Positions 52,456 through 63,640 are shown, numbered from the stretch's first letter. The stretch: 64,000 bases of DNA from Trueperaceae bacterium (GCA_965215565.1 CBDCDZ010000004.1:1024001-1088000); one strand, 5' to 3'. A program made the numbers and translations. Notes: generated by a model from the letters alone, not told the origin.

Positions 52456-53169
52456 TTATAACTTATCTTTGGGCAAGTTCTTCGCCGCCCACGTCACCTG
52501 TCGCCACAGACCTCTCAAGGCTAAAACTTCGCGCTCGCTCAGCTCAGCCCGGTCAAAAATGCCTCGGAAGAGTTCGCGGGCGCTCGCTTCACGCTGAGCG
52601 TCGGTGTAGCCGATGAGGTGGAGCATTTGGATGAGCTGAGCGTACATGGGCTCGAGCGTCTCCCTCGGCGCGAGGTTTGAGAGGTCTCTCGTCTCCCCCA
52701 CTTCCACCTGATGCGCCACGAACCACTCATACGCGACGAGTTGCACCGCCTGGGCGAGGTTGAGTGAGGCGTAGTCCGAAGTTGGGATTTGGATATAACC
52801 CTGGCAGTGCTCCAGGTCTTCGTTGCTGAGCCCGAAGTCTTCGGGACCGAACACGGCGGCGACCTCTTCAGGGGGGAGCGACTGCGCAGCTTCCCTGGCG
52901 CTGTAGACGCGCTGGTTGTTCGTTCTGGGACGCGCCGTCGTACCGAGGACGAGCTTGCAGCCCGCCACGGCTTGGGCTAGCGTGTCGCACCGAACAGCCC
53001 GGTCTAAGACATCGCCCGCGTGAGACGCTAAGGCGAACGCCCGTTTGCCGAGAGGTCGTTGCGGCGAGACGAGGTAGAGCGCACCCAGACCAAAGTTCTT
53101 CATCGCTCTGGCGGCTGCGCCCACGTTCGCGGGCTCTTTGGGGCGGACGAGAATGATTCTTAGGGGCAC
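52456..53169 (-). CDS. trmJ: TrmJ/LasT-family SPOUT RNA methyltransferase
   Basis: IILVRP..PANVGAAARAMKNFG, GTTAR, VFGPEDFGLSNE, SLNLAQAV. Confidence 0.85.
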   Translation of the reverse strand: MPLRIILVRPKEPANVGAAARAMKNFGLGALYLVSPQRPLGKRAFALASHAGDVLDRAVRCDTLAQAVAGCKLVLGTTARPRTNNQRVYSAREAAQSLPPEEVAAVFGPEDFGLSNEDLEHCQGYIQIPTSDYASLNLAQAVQLVAYEWFVAHQVEVGETRDLSNLAPRETLEPMYAQLIQMLHLIGYTDAQREASARELFRGIFDRAELSEREVLALRGLWRQVTWAAKNLPKDKL

Positions 53170-53238
53170 ATAAGAGTATATTTGACACCTGCTATTTAGC
53201 GCAACGTTCGCAGAACAAAGCCGTGCTACCTTATTCAT

Positions 53239-53823
53239 ATGTTAGGCAAAATCTTTCGCAAAGAGCCAGACAACCCCAAAGTTCCCGCCGGGCAGAGCGT
53301 CACCGAACGCTTTCCCGTGTTGACGTACGGACCGACGCCGCGCGTGAGCGAAGAGGAGTTCGAGCTGCGCGTGTTCGGGCGCGTCAAAGAGCAGGCTTTT
53401 AGCTGGCAAGACCTCATGGCGCTGCCGCAGACAACCCTCACTAAAGATTTTCACTGCGTGACGCACTGGTCCAAACTTGATGTCGGCTGGACGGGCATTC
53501 TGACGACGGACCTGATGGAGGTCTTGGAGCCCCAGAGTAACGCAACCCACGTCATGTTCCACTGCTACGGCGGCTACACGACGAACCTCGAGATGGACGA
53601 CTTCTTAGCCGACGGGTGCATGTTGGCGCACAAGTTAGAGGGCGGACCCATCCCCGTAGAGCACGGCGGACCGATGCGCACGCTCATCCCGCACCTCTAC
53701 GCTTGGAAGAGCGCGAAGTGGCTCTCGGGCATCGAGTTTATGGACGGCGATAAGCCCGGCTTCTGGGAGCGTAACGGCTACCACATGAGGGGCGACCCCT
53801 TCAAAGAAGAGCGCTACAGCTAA
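53239..53823 (+). CDS. Sulfite oxidase-like molybdopterin oxidoreductase (YuiH-like)
   Basis: PAGQ, FPVLTYG, DFHCVTHWS, GGYTTN, EHGGPMR, YAWKSAKW, GFWERNGYH. Confidence 0.88.
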   Translation: MLGKIFRKEPDNPKVPAGQSVTERFPVLTYGPTPRVSEEEFELRVFGRVKEQAFSWQDLMALPQTTLTKDFHCVTHWSKLDVGWTGILTTDLMEVLEPQSNATHVMFHCYGGYTTNLEMDDFLADGCMLAHKLEGGPIPVEHGGPMRTLIPHLYAWKSAKWLSGIEFMDGDKPGFWERNGYHMRGDPFKEERYS

Positions 53824-53860
53824 AAAAGCGGGAGGGGAAGCTCAGGCTTCCCCTCCCGCT
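53822..53860 (-). terminator. Intrinsic terminator between convergent genes
   Basis: 15-bp stem AGCGGGAGGGGAAGC/GCTTCCCCTCCCGCT with A-run on the left. Confidence 0.8.
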
Positions 53861-53876
53861 AAACCTCTGAACTAAT

Positions 53877-54140
53877 TTACGCTTGCGCCGCTAAGCGCTT
53901 CGCCAAACGCGACTTTTTGCGAGCAGCGGTATTCTTATGGAGCGTCGAGCCCTTCGCGGCTTTGTCGATGAGGCTTACGGCAACTTTATGATACTTTTCA
54001 GCGTTCGCCTCGTCGCCAGATTCGGCGGCGGCGACGGCTTTTTTACTAAACGTGCGAATCGTGCTTTTAAGTGCCCGGTTTTTCGCCCGCGCTTCTTGCG
54101 ATTGGCGGTGGTACTTCATTGCCGATGGGTTTCTTGCCAT
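53877..54140 (-). CDS. rpsT: 30S ribosomal protein S20
   Basis: MARNPSAMK...[13 protein letters not shown]...[22 protein letters not shown]. Confidence 0.95.
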   Translation of the reverse strand: MARNPSAMKYHRQSQEARAKNRALKSTIRTFSKKAVAAAESGDEANAEKYHKVAVSLIDKAAKGSTLHKNTAARKKSRLAKRLAAQA

Positions 54141-54347
54141 GCTCTTCCTCTTTCTTCGCTCATACGTCGATATCTCAGTAGGGATTGTGGACCTAAATAT
54201 GGCGCGTGAACGCGCCTCAACCTTGAAAGTGTAGCATAGCAGCGCCCGGAGAGGCAACGCCGTGAAACGAAAGTAGAGCGCAATATTACCCTAAATGCGT
54301 ACGGTCTCTGGGCAAAAGCCTCGAGGCACTCACCCTTATACACTCAC

Positions 54348-55019
54348 CTAGTCTTCAGACAACCCCACGTGCTCCATGAGCCTCGCCACTTGCGCGCGGA
54401 GTTCGGCAACCTCTCGGCGCAACACGCTCACGTCGTCTTGAGGTGGCGTGTGAGAGGATGCTGACGCACTCGCAGAGATAACCCTCGAGTCTCCCTCACC
54501 CCCCCGTACCCTCGGCTTGAGCTTTTCGGGGTCCACGCCTAGCGTGTGGTTCCAACGGTCCTGGCTCTGCCCCGGTCCACGCCCATAGTTTTTGACCAGA
54601 GGTGGGCGGTGTTCTTGGAGCCGCGCCAAGCTCTCCTCGACGGCCGCCACATCGGGGAAGTGCGTGTAGCGCTCCGTGCGCGTGCGCAGCTCGCCGGGCG
54701 TCTGGAGTCCACGCAGCATCAGCACGGCGAGCACGGCGAGGTCTCTGCCGCGAACGTCTAACGCCTCGACCAGTTTATGGTGGTGTTTGACGGCGCGTTC
54801 GCTCACCCCTCTCGAGGACTGCATCAGCCCCTTGTCGCTCAGGAGACGCAAGGTGGCTTCTACCTCGAGCGAATCGTAAGCAGTCACTGGGTCACGGTTG
54901 GTCCTCTGGTTGCACGCTAAAACGAGCGCGTTCGTCGAAAGCGGATACGCTTCGGGCGTCGTGCGCTCCTTCTCGACGAGCGAGCCGAGCACGCGCAGTT
55001 CGATATCACTTAAACTCAC
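54348..55019 (-). CDS. YceH/DUF480-family protein
   Basis: ELRVLGSLVEKERTTPEAYPLSTNALVLACNQ..NRDP, LMLRG.QTPGELRTR. Confidence 0.9.
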   Translation of the reverse strand: MSLSDIELRVLGSLVEKERTTPEAYPLSTNALVLACNQRTNRDPVTAYDSLEVEATLRLLSDKGLMQSSRGVSERAVKHHHKLVEALDVRGRDLAVLAVLMLRGLQTPGELRTRTERYTHFPDVAAVEESLARLQEHRPPLVKNYGRGPGQSQDRWNHTLGVDPEKLKPRVRGGEGDSRVISASASASSHTPPQDDVSVLRREVAELRAQVARLMEHVGLSED

Positions 55020-55082
55020 GACACAGAGTCTAGCAAATTGCGGCTTTTCGTGCCCTATCTCGAGCCGCAGATATGAAACCTC

Positions 55083-55241
55083 TAGCAGATATCATCTGGT
55101 TTGAGACACTCTCACTTTTGAGAACATTGTTTCGCTCTGCGAAAACTGCGTAAGCAGCACGCACGTTCTGGGATGAAATCCCGCTAGTCCTTGCGGACAG
55201 AGACCTGCGCCCATCCGTCTCAATATGTTTTGGAACTGCTA
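55083..55241 (+). repeat. Family-1 element with two inserts (159 bp)
   Basis: 111+23+25 = 159. Confidence 0.9.
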
Positions 55242-55401
55242 CTCTTACAGTAGACACAAGAATAAGGAGTAGGAACTGAGACCTAAGGCGCAGAAGTATC
55301 AGGTCTTTTTATTCTTGCTTCTTGCTCCTTGCTTCTCCCCTTGTACTCCCCCCACCTGACCTGTATAGTGTGGCAAATCAACAAGATAGGTGGGTGGTTT
55401 T

Positions 55402-56121
55402 GTGGCGGCGACACTCGGTTTAGAGGACAAGGTCATTTTGGTGACGGGTGGCAACAAGGGAATCGGCTCGGCAATTGTCGACCTCCTAGAGGATTCAGGC
55501 GCGAAGGTGGCATACACGTACCGCACGAGCGAGGGCGAGCACGGCTCGCTCGCCATCCAAGCGGACGTGCGCAATGAAGAGGCGATGAAAGAGGCTGCCG
55601 AGCGCACGGAGCAGGAACTCGGACCGATCTACGGCGTAGTGGCGAACGCGGGCATCACCAAAGACGGGCTTTTCGTCAAGTCGGACTTGGAGGGGTGGAA
55701 CGCGGTCATCGAGACGAACCTAACAGGCGTCTACAACACGGTGCGCCCGGTTATGTCAAAGATGAACGAGCACGGCGAGGGCTCGATCGTGCTCATTTCG
55801 TCCATCGTCGGCGAGCGGGGCAACATGGGGCAAGCGAACTACGCCGCCGCCAAAGCCGCCCTGATGGGCTTCGGCAAATCGCTCGCGAGGGAGGGCGCGC
55901 GGAACAAGGTGCGCACCAACGTCGTCGCGCCGGGCTTTATCGAGACGAGCATGTTAGAGGACGTGCCCGACAAGGTCAAGGACAAGATCACCTCCGAAAT
56001 CCCCTTTAAGCGCTTCGGCAAGCCCGACGAAATCGCCTGGGGCGTGGCGTATCTGCTCTCGCCGAGGGCGAGTTACGTGACGGGCACGGTCCTGAGCATC
56101 AACGGCGGGCATCATATGTAA
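55402..56121 (+). CDS. FabG/PhaB-like ketoacyl reductase (SDR)
   Basis: TGGNKGIG, NAGITKD, GQANYAAAK, APGFIET, INGGHHM. Confidence 0.85.
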   Translation: MAATLGLEDKVILVTGGNKGIGSAIVDLLEDSGAKVAYTYRTSEGEHGSLAIQADVRNEEAMKEAAERTEQELGPIYGVVANAGITKDGLFVKSDLEGWNAVIETNLTGVYNTVRPVMSKMNEHGEGSIVLISSIVGERGNMGQANYAAAKAALMGFGKSLAREGARNKVRTNVVAPGFIETSMLEDVPDKVKDKITSEIPFKRFGKPDEIAWGVAYLLSPRASYVTGTVLSINGGHHM

Positions 56122-56530
56122 GGAGATAAATAGAGAGGGCAGCGGCAAGCGGAAGCGGCAAACGCGCTTCCAATTGCCGGGGGGTAGTCAACGAAAGATT
56201 CGCCGCCCCCACTACCGCTGCCCTTGGACCTACCCTAAAGGGTGGAGCGGTCTACCAATAGTAACTAGGTCTACGTTTTTTGAGTTTGATCGAAGTCTGA
56301 ACGTGCGAAAGATTTCGGTGCGCCTCTTAACGCATAGCGTGTCCGAGGGCGTCAAAAAAATCCGCGAGGAGAACTCTAAACGTTACGCAGCACGTTTCTC
56401 CTCGCGGTGTTCCGCTGGCTGTCCCCCGGCGGTGGACGGACGCTCGGTCCCGTCGTGTCTTTACCTTACCGGGGGCGTGCGAAGGGGGGAAGAGGTGGCT
56501 GTACTAGTGCAACCCGTTCATGCATACTAG

Positions 56531-56641
56531 TAGCAGGCATCATCTGGTTTGGGACGCTCCCACTGTTCGAAGCGGCGTCTAGCACACACATTCGGAGATG
56601 ATATCTGCGCTCATCCATCTCAGTATGTCTTGGAACTGCTA
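56531..56641 (+). repeat. Family-1 element, empty 111-bp core
   Basis: TAGCAGGCATCATCTGG...GATGATATCTGCG...GGAACTGCTA. Confidence 0.88.
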
Positions 56642-56659
56642 TAGACCCGTACCGGGCTA

Positions 56660-57787
56660 CTAGAACTTGGCGAGCCCGCGCTCGCGCGCCCACACGACGG
56701 CTTCGGCCCTCGAGTGCACCCCGATCTTCTCATAAATTTGCGTGATGTAGTTGCGCACCGTCTGCTTGGCGATGCCCAGGTCTTGCGCGATGGTGGTGTT
56801 GTCTAGGCCCTGCGCCAAGCGCTCCAAGACCTCTCTCTCCCGTTTGGTGAGCCCCGAGACCGCCGCCGTGTCCACCCCTTCGGAGCGGAGCAGGGCGAGC
56901 TTTTCCATGACCGAGCGCGAGAGCCACGCGGTATCCGACATGACCTCTTCAATCGCTTGAACGAGTTGACGCTCGGTGCGTTGGCGTTCGGTTACGTCAT
57001 AGAACATCAGCAGCACGTCGGCGACGGGTTTGGTGTCGTCTAAAATCTCGGCGGAGGCTAAGACGTCGCGCACGTCGCCCGCTTTCGTGCGAATCTGCAG
57101 CTCTAGTTCACGAAAACCCTGGGCGCTCGCTAAGTGCGCGGCGAACCTCGCGCGGTCCGCTTCGCTCGCCCATAGCCCGAGTTCTGCGCCCGTGCGCTTC
57201 GTGACCTCTTCTTCGCGAAACCCTGTCAGCGTCAAAAAGCTGCCGTTGACCTCTAAGATGCGCCTGTCTCGCATCATGCAAGCGGGCACGGGCGCGGCGT
57301 GAAACATCTTGCTGAGGTGCACCTCGACCTCTTTTTGCGGCGTGATGTCCGCGAAGGTCAAGATGCCGCAGGTGTCGCCGTCAAGTTCCAAGGGCTTTGC
57401 GGAGACTAAGACCACCTTCTGGACCCCCGACTTCGTAGTGAGCTCCACCTCCACCTTCGAGACCTGCTGCCAGGTGCGCGGCGCGTTGAGGAGCGCTTCG
57501 CGCTGGCGCGGGTCCGTGAAGAGGTCTAGTTGCGGCAGCGCCTCGCCGCGCACCTCGCGCTGCATATAGTCCGTAAGCTCGGCGAAGCCGCTATTAACCA
57601 TGACGACGCGCTCGTCCATGAGCCGCACGATAATAGCGGGCGCGGGGTTCACATCGAACACGGCGTAGAAGCGCTCCTCCGCCTCTTGGCGCTCGCGCTC
57701 GGCTTTGCGCCGCTTGCTCTCGGCTCGCTCCTTGTCGCTTCTCAGTTCATCTTTCGGCTTTTCGCTCACGTTTTCAATATCGCTCAT
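56660..57787 (-). CDS. PAS-PAS-LuxR one-component regulator
   Basis: Two PAS domains; C-terminal LTKREREVL..LAQGLDN..IA..LGIAKQTVRNY..QIYEKIGV. Confidence 0.88.
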   Translation of the reverse strand: MSDIENVSEKPKDELRSDKERAESKRRKAERERQEAEERFYAVFDVNPAPAIIVRLMDERVVMVNSGFAELTDYMQREVRGEALPQLDLFTDPRQREALLNAPRTWQQVSKVEVELTTKSGVQKVVLVSAKPLELDGDTCGILTFADITPQKEVEVHLSKMFHAAPVPACMMRDRRILEVNGSFLTLTGFREEEVTKRTGAELGLWASEADRARFAAHLASAQGFRELELQIRTKAGDVRDVLASAEILDDTKPVADVLLMFYDVTERQRTERQLVQAIEEVMSDTAWLSRSVMEKLALLRSEGVDTAAVSGLTKREREVLERLAQGLDNTTIAQDLGIAKQTVRNYITQIYEKIGVHSRAEAVVWARERGLAKF

Positions 57788-57974
57788 GTCGTCCCAACTG
57801 CTGTCTCTGACCGCGATGTTCGGCGGACTTGCCCCTGATAGCTCGGCGTGTAACGCCCATTCTATATCATTCGCTCTGAGTGACGTGGCGTATGGGGATG
57901 AGGAAGTAGTGCGTCAAGGGTAATGAGGGGAAAAATCACTCCCCTCACCTCTCGAGCTACCCAGAAAAGCCTTG

Positions 57975-58190
57975 TACGGATTCCGAAGCGATTACTCCAT
58001 AAACTCTTGCAGAGTTTCTTCCGTACTCACCGGAATCCGTATTTTTTCTACTCGCTGAAGAGTCCTCAACTGGGCGTATCATGCCGTTATGAAAGCTCAT
58101 TGCTTCCATTTGAAGATGCTACCTCCATTCGAGGACTCCTTGCTCGGGATTGAATAGGCTACTTTGTAGCGTATTCAACCGGAAAGGGTG
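57975..58190 (+). repeat. Family-2 element (TACGGATTCCG ends)
   Basis: TACGGATTCCG...CGGAATCCGTA inverted repeat (57975-58041), then TTTCTACTCGCT...GATTGAAT...ATTCAACCGGA. Confidence 0.65.
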
Positions 58191-58353
58191 TAACCTCTTT
58201 GATTTTGAACGGCTGACTTCTCAAAAGGCTTGAAATTCTCGACGGGTACGACACCTCGAGGATGCTCCTGAAGCGCCGCACAAGACACTCGTACAACTTT
58301 TACGACGCCCCTTCTCTTTATCTCCTTGACCGCGAACGCGCTATACTTACCCT

Positions 58354-59922
58354 ATGCCTCCTACCGCCGTCTCCATGCAAGCGATCGTCAAGCGCTTTCC
58401 GCTCGTGCTCGCCAACGATCACGTCACGTTGGAGGTTGCGTGGGGCGAGGTGCACGCGCTCATCGGCGAGAACGGCGCGGGCAAGTCCACCCTGATGAAG
58501 ATTTTGTACGGTTTGCAGCAGCCGGACGAAGGCGTCATCGTCGTGGACGGCGAAGAGGTCCACATCTCGAGCGCGAAGGACGCCATCGCTCTAGGTATCG
58601 GCATGGTGCACCAGCACTTTATGCTCGTTGAGCCGCTCACCGTCGCTGAGAACTTGGTGCTGGGCTCCGAGCCTACCAGTGGACCCTCGCTGAACTACCG
58701 CGCCGCGAGAAAGCGCACGGCGGAACTCATCGAGCGCTTCGGCTTCGACATCAGCCCGGACACGAAGATACAGGACCTGGCGGTGGGCTTTCAGCAGCAG
58801 GTCGAGATTCTTAAAACGCTCTACCGCGACGCCCGCATCCTCATTATGGACGAGCCTACGGCTGTGCTGACCCCGCAAGAGACGAGAGGTCTATTCAAGT
58901 TCGTGCGCGAATTCGCTGAGGGCGGCAACGCGGTTATCTTCATCTCGCATAAGCTTGATGAGGTCATGGAAATCTGCGACCGGATGAGCGTGATGCGCGA
59001 CGGCAAGATGATAGGCACAGTCGAGCGAGAAGGCACGAACCAGCGGCAGCTCGCCAACATGATGGTGGGGCGTGAGGTCATCATGAGCGTGGAGAAGAGA
59101 CCGGCGGAGCCTCAAGGGGTCAAGCTCGAGCTGCAAAGCGTCACCCTGCGCCACCCCGACAAGCACAAGCCGCTCGTGGACGACGTGTCATTCAAGCTCC
59201 GCGCAGGCGAGATTTTGGGCATTGCGGGCATCGAGGGCAACGGTCAGTCCGAACTCGTGGAGTGCATCGCCGGCTTGCGCGAGGTGGATCACGGGCGCAT
59301 CCTCTTAGCGGACCAAGATGTCTCGACTAAAAGCGCCAAAGAGGTGCGCCAAGCCGGGCTCTCGCACATCCCCGAAGACCGCCTCGAGCGCGGGCTCGTG
59401 GGCGAATTCAGCACCGCCATGAACAGCATCTTGGGCGACTACTACCACAAACCTTACAGCAATCCGCTGGGGCTCATCGACGAGCGCAGAGTCGAGGCGC
59501 ACGCTGCGAAGCTCGTTCAGGCGTACGACGTGCGCCCCGCCTCGACCCGCGTGATGGCGGCGAGCTATTCAGGCGGGAACGCACAAAAGCTCATCGTCGC
59601 GCGCGAGTTGGAGCGCGGCCCCGAAGTGCTCATCGCCTCGCAGCCGACGCGCGGCGTGGACATCGGCGCGATCGAGTTTATTCATAAGCAGATCGTCGGC
59701 GCGCGCGACAAGGGGCTAGCCGTCCTGCTCGTCTCCGCCGACCTCAACGAAGTGATGAGCCTCTCAGACCGAATTTTAGTACTCTTCGAGGGCAAGGTGA
59801 TGGGTGAGTTGACCGCGGAGGAGGCGAACGCGGAGCGCTTGGGGCTCCTCATGTCGGGGTCTAAGGTGCAAGGTGATGACGAGGTGGAGAAGAATTACGA
59901 GGCGGCGTCGGAGCGGGTTTAG
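58354..59922 (+). CDS. Nucleoside/sugar ABC transporter ATP-binding protein (two NBDs), no adjacent permease
   Basis: [56 protein letters not shown]. Confidence 0.9.
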   Translation: MPPTAVSMQAIVKRFPLVLANDHVTLEVAWGEVHALIGENGAGKSTLMKILYGLQQPDEGVIVVDGEEVHISSAKDAIALGIGMVHQHFMLVEPLTVAENLVLGSEPTSGPSLNYRAARKRTAELIERFGFDISPDTKIQDLAVGFQQQVEILKTLYRDARILIMDEPTAVLTPQETRGLFKFVREFAEGGNAVIFISHKLDEVMEICDRMSVMRDGKMIGTVEREGTNQRQLANMMVGREVIMSVEKRPAEPQGVKLELQSVTLRHPDKHKPLVDDVSFKLRAGEILGIAGIEGNGQSELVECIAGLREVDHGRILLADQDVSTKSAKEVRQAGLSHIPEDRLERGLVGEFSTAMNSILGDYYHKPYSNPLGLIDERRVEAHAAKLVQAYDVRPASTRVMAASYSGGNAQKLIVARELERGPEVLIASQPTRGVDIGAIEFIHKQIVGARDKGLAVLLVSADLNEVMSLSDRILVLFEGKVMGELTAEEANAERLGLLMSGSKVQGDDEVEKNYEAASERV

Positions 59923-60404
59923 GCTAGCCGCAACCGCTCCAACGACGCCCTGGCCTCTCCCCCGCTGATGTCTGGGGTGATGACTAGCTCGAGCACCTCT
60001 ATTCCCTCGAGGTTGACCTGGTAGTCCTCCACCTCTTGCGTCGCTCCGTCCGCGCTGAAGTTGAACTGCTGCCGCGCGACCTCTTGAAATTGTCCTGACA
60101 CTGCCAAGTAGCGCAGCACGAACTCCTGGGTGCGCGTTTCTCGGGCTTCGAAGACGAGCAGGATGCGCCCCAACGTCTGCGGCTCGTCGAACATGAGGCG
60201 GAGGAGTTGCTCACCGGGCTCCGCCGCCCGCCAGCCACCCTCTTGGTTGTGTTGTAGGGAGTCGAGCAGCAGCGCCGCCTCAACTGGGTACGCTTCCTCT
60301 TCAGAGGTGACTTCGACCTGGGCGAGTTGCGCTAAATCCAGCCAAGTGTGCTCCTCGGACAAGGACGCTTCCGCGGGTTTTTTGATGACCTTTTTGCGCA
60401 TCAT
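59919..60404 (-). CDS. Hypothetical protein, galactose-binding-like fold suspected
   Basis: [13 protein letters not shown]...PVEAAL...GWRAA.PG.Q..RL.FD, RTQEF.LR, RQQFNFS. Confidence 0.65.
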   Translation of the reverse strand: MMRKKVIKKPAEASLSEEHTWLDLAQLAQVEVTSEEEAYPVEAALLLDSLQHNQEGGWRAAEPGEQLLRLMFDEPQTLGRILLVFEARETRTQEFVLRYLAVSGQFQEVARQQFNFSADGATQEVEDYQVNLEGIEVLELVITPDISGGEARASLERLRLA

Positions 60405-60419
60405 CTCATCTCCTTATTT

Positions 60420-60549
60420 TAGCAGGTATCATCTGGTCAGCTGCACCTTCACTAAAGATAACCTCGTTTAGCACGCACTTGATTGTGATGATATCTGCGA
60501 AGAAGTGCTTCGCATAACTATGTTCAAGCAACGATAAGTGGAACTGCTG
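60420..60549 (+). repeat. Family-1 element with one insert (130 bp)
   Basis: Same subfamily as the 63667 copy (CAAGCAACGATAAGTGGAACTGCT). Confidence 0.85.
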
Positions 60550-60554
60550 TTTGA

Positions 60555-60665
60555 TAGCAGGTATCATCTGGTTTGAAACACTCGTACTTTTGAGAATGTT
60601 GTGCAGCACGCACATACTGAGATGATGTCTGCGCTCATCCGTCTCGGTATGTTTTGGAACTGCTG
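60555..60665 (+). repeat. Family-1 element, empty 111-bp core, tandem to previous copy
   Basis: TAGCAGGTATCATCTGG...GATGATGTCTGCG...GGAACTGCTG. Confidence 0.88.
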
Positions 60666-60692
60666 TGAGCAGGCAGTTTTAAGTGGACCGGG

Positions 60693-61352
60693 CTAGCTCG
60701 AGACCGCCTTTTCGAAATGCCGCTCCATCTGCTCCTGAAAGCTCCCTGCGTCGTTGAGGTGCGGGAAGGGCTCACTAGGAACGTCTACGCCGAGAAACGC
60801 GCAGAGCGGCTCCCAGCCCTCTTTGACGCTGTAGACGAGCAGCCGCTCGGCGGGCACGGTGCGCTTGACCTCTTCGATGTGGGCGCTAAATACTTGTACC
60901 GCGTGCGCCTTGTCGTCCGTTTTGCCGCCGAAGGTGCCTTTGAAGAGAATACGCCATACAACAAGCATGGAGCGCAACTGCTCGGGTCTACGAAAAAGCC
61001 GCAGCAAACCTTTCCAGCCTTCCGGCGGACTAAAGATCGTTTTACTCGCGCTTTCGAACCACTTTTCGGGATCGCGTACGGTGAGCAACACCTTGGCGTC
61101 GGGGTAGCGCTGCATCAAGTCTTGGTAGTAGCTGCAGCCGGGCCAGTCCAGCGTGGACTGGTAGCCCTCAAAGAGCGCGTCCCAGTGGACGGGCTCGCCC
61201 TTACTCGCGGCGTCCCAGTGCTTGGCGTGCTCGGGGTGCTCCATGAATTCGAACATGTGGTAGCACTTTCCGAACCCGAGCCGCTCCAACGCGGCTTTGA
61301 GTGAGGTCGTGCCCGTTCTGCCGAACCCTGCACCGATAACTTTAAGTGACAT
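60693..61352 (-). CDS. Sulfotransferase-family P-loop protein
   Basis: LKVIGAGFGRTGTTSLK.AL, CYHM, DWP, LTVRDPEKW, GWEPLCAFL, PFPHLN. Confidence 0.88.
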   Translation of the reverse strand: MSLKVIGAGFGRTGTTSLKAALERLGFGKCYHMFEFMEHPEHAKHWDAASKGEPVHWDALFEGYQSTLDWPGCSYYQDLMQRYPDAKVLLTVRDPEKWFESASKTIFSPPEGWKGLLRLFRRPEQLRSMLVVWRILFKGTFGGKTDDKAHAVQVFSAHIEEVKRTVPAERLLVYSVKEGWEPLCAFLGVDVPSEPFPHLNDAGSFQEQMERHFEKAVSS

Positions 61353-61403
61353 AACTGCCCTCCCAGTAAATGTTTTCGTCAACAACTGCTTGTCAACACC
61401 TGT

Positions 61404-63002
61404 TTAAGACTCGAGCGCGTCGTGGACGCACGACGATGGAGCCTTCGCCTACCGCCGAAGCGACGCGCTTGACCGAGCCGCTGCGCACGTCGCCCACCGC
61501 GAAAACGTCGGGGAGCGAGGTCTCGAACAGCGCGTGACGTCGTTCACTTGCTCACCTGTTAAAATGAACCCTCTCTCGTCCAGCTTCAAGGTCCCTTGCA
61601 ACCACTCCGTATAGGGGAGCGCACCGATAAAGGTAAAGACGCCAGACACGTCCATTTGTGACCTCTCGAGCGTCTGGTTATGCTCTACGGTGACGCCCGT
61701 CAACCTCGCGTCGCCGCGCAATTCAGCGACTTCGGCGTGGTGGTGCACCTCGATGTCGGCTGACGCTTCGATGCGGCTGAGCAAATAGCGCGACATGCTC
61801 TTGCCCAGGTCATCGCCGCGAATCATCACGTGGACCTTGCGGGCGTGCCGCGACAGAAAGACCGCCGCCTGCCCCGCCGAGTTGCCGCCGCCCACAACGA
61901 TGACCTCGTCACCTCTGCAGAGCCGCGCCTCGATGTCGGTGGCGGCGTAGTAGACGCCCGCGCCCTCGAAGTCCTCCAAGCGCGGCACGTCCAGCTTGCG
62001 GTAGCGCGCGCCCGTCGCGATGACGACGCTACGCCCCGTGAGCGTGCTCTCATCGTCCAGCGTCACGGTGTAGCAGTCGCCTTCGCGCCGGAGCCTCTGC
62101 GCTTTGCGCGGCACGGTGATGCGCGCGCCGAACTTGAGGGCTTGCACCTCGGCGCGGCTCGCGAGTTCTGCGCCGGAGAGCCCGGCGGGGAAGCCCAGAT
62201 AGTTCTCTATCTTTGACGAGGTGCCCGCTTGACCGCCCGTCGCGATGGACTCTACCGTAACGGTGGAAAGCCCCTCGGACGCACCGTATACCGACGCGGC
62301 TAACCCCGCTGGACCCGCGCCCACGACGATGAGGTCAAAGGTCTGTCCGTTCGTCACCTGAAGGTCTAAGCCGATGGTCCGGGCGAGTTCGCTCAGGCTG
62401 GGGTTTCTCAACACGTCGCGGTCTTGCCAGATGATAACGGGCGCGTCCTCAGCCGAGACGCCGAAGCGGTCTAAGAGGTCTTGCGCGGCGTCTTCTTCGG
62501 GCTCGAGCCACCGGTGCGAGAGCCGGTTGCGCACCATGAACTCGCGCAGTTGCAAGGTGTCGCCCGAGTAGCGCGGACCGATCAGGCGCAAAAACGCCGA
62601 CGAACGCGCCACGATAAGCTCACGACGGGCGATGAACGCGCCTAAAATCAGATCGCTCAGCTCCGGCTCCGAGGCGATGATGTCGCGCAGCGAGGCGGGC
62701 GGAATCGCGATGACCTCGCCCGCCTCGCGCACCACCGCCGTGAGGTAGACCGCTTGATTGGTGAGCATGTTGAGTTCGCCCAGAAAGCTCCCCACCTCGC
62801 TCTCCGCGACAAGGTTCTCCTCATCCCCTAAGCGCTCGACCACCGCCACTTTGCCCGACAAGATGACGATAAAACGGTAGGTAGGATCGCCTACCTCGAA
62901 GAGCGTCTGCCCGACTTCAGTTCGCCACACCTCGCCGTAGGCTTTAAGCGTCCCTAGTTGCGCTTCACTCAAGGTGGGAAAGGCTGTTTTCTCGGAACCC
63001 AT
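61404..63002 (-). pseudogene. cNMP-binding domain + thioredoxin reductase-like protein with two frameshifts in the 3' end
   Basis: N-terminal cNMP (FLGELNML), GAGPAGL, GGQAGTSSKIENYLGFP, GGGNSAGQAA; LFETSLPDVFAVGDVRSGSVKRVASAVGEG and VHDALES* lie in successive shifted frames. Confidence 0.75.
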
Positions 63003-63238
63003 ACCTCATTTATAAACCGGACGGGATGACAAAAAGCGAGCGCCCATTACAGGTGGAGCGTGTGCACGGAGGGGAAAGGAACGCGGATTCACTTGCGGTG
63101 CTCAAAGAACACGGAACCCAGGAGGGAGAATGCGAAGGCTCAACTTCCTTCCCTGCTAAGTTTCTCGCTCGAGATGTCGTCACCTTTAGCCCGAACATGC
63201 TCCGATATGCTATACTCATACCTGCAAAGTTATCTCCT

Positions 63239-63607
63239 GGGGGCGACCTGGTCTCGACGGGGCTCACGGAGGATAGGGTAGCGTGTAGAGGACGCCGTTG
63301 GCCTCTCTAAAAAACGGCACAGCCATTAACTGGCAATAACAACAGCTCACAGAGCTTTGCACTAGCTGCGTAAAAACAGCTAACCGTCCGCTAGAAGCCC
63401 CGCTTGTGGCTCGCTAGAGGGACGTCCTAAAACAAGCTAGCTGCGTCTTCTAACGTCGGGGCGCAGCGAAACTAAAATGATGTTTAAGCTGGGGGCGCGG
63501 GTCTGTCACCGAGCCCGCCTCCAGCCGACACTCACTCGGTGACTACACACGTAGAAGCCCGTCTGAAGGAGTTTCGGACGCGGGTTCGACTCCCGCCGCC
63601 TCCACCA
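63239..63607 (+). ncRNA. ssrA: tmRNA
   Basis: 5' GGGGGCG pairs with 3' CGCCTCC-ACCA (G3-U), T-arm GGGTTCGACTCCC; tag ORF 63332-63373 GNNNSSQSFALAA*; upstream TGnTATACT. Confidence 0.95.
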
Positions 63608-63610
63608 GCA

Positions 63611-63640
63611 GCCCGACCTTGAAAGAGGTCGGGTCTTTCT
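63611..63640 (+). terminator. ssrA terminator
   Basis: GCCCGACCTT-GAAA-GAGGTCGGGT followed by CTTTCT. Confidence 0.7.

Noticed and set aside
53183..53194. TGACACCTGCTA as a further family-1 end
   Set aside because: Only about 12 nt match and the flank does not align convincingly; not counted.
60420..60665. Tandem repeat copies as a possible CRISPR array or integron attC cassettes
   Set aside because: Units are 111-130 bp, dispersed and diverged, with no unique equal-length spacers, no cas or integrase genes, and no attC-type RYYYAAC/GTTRRRY ends.
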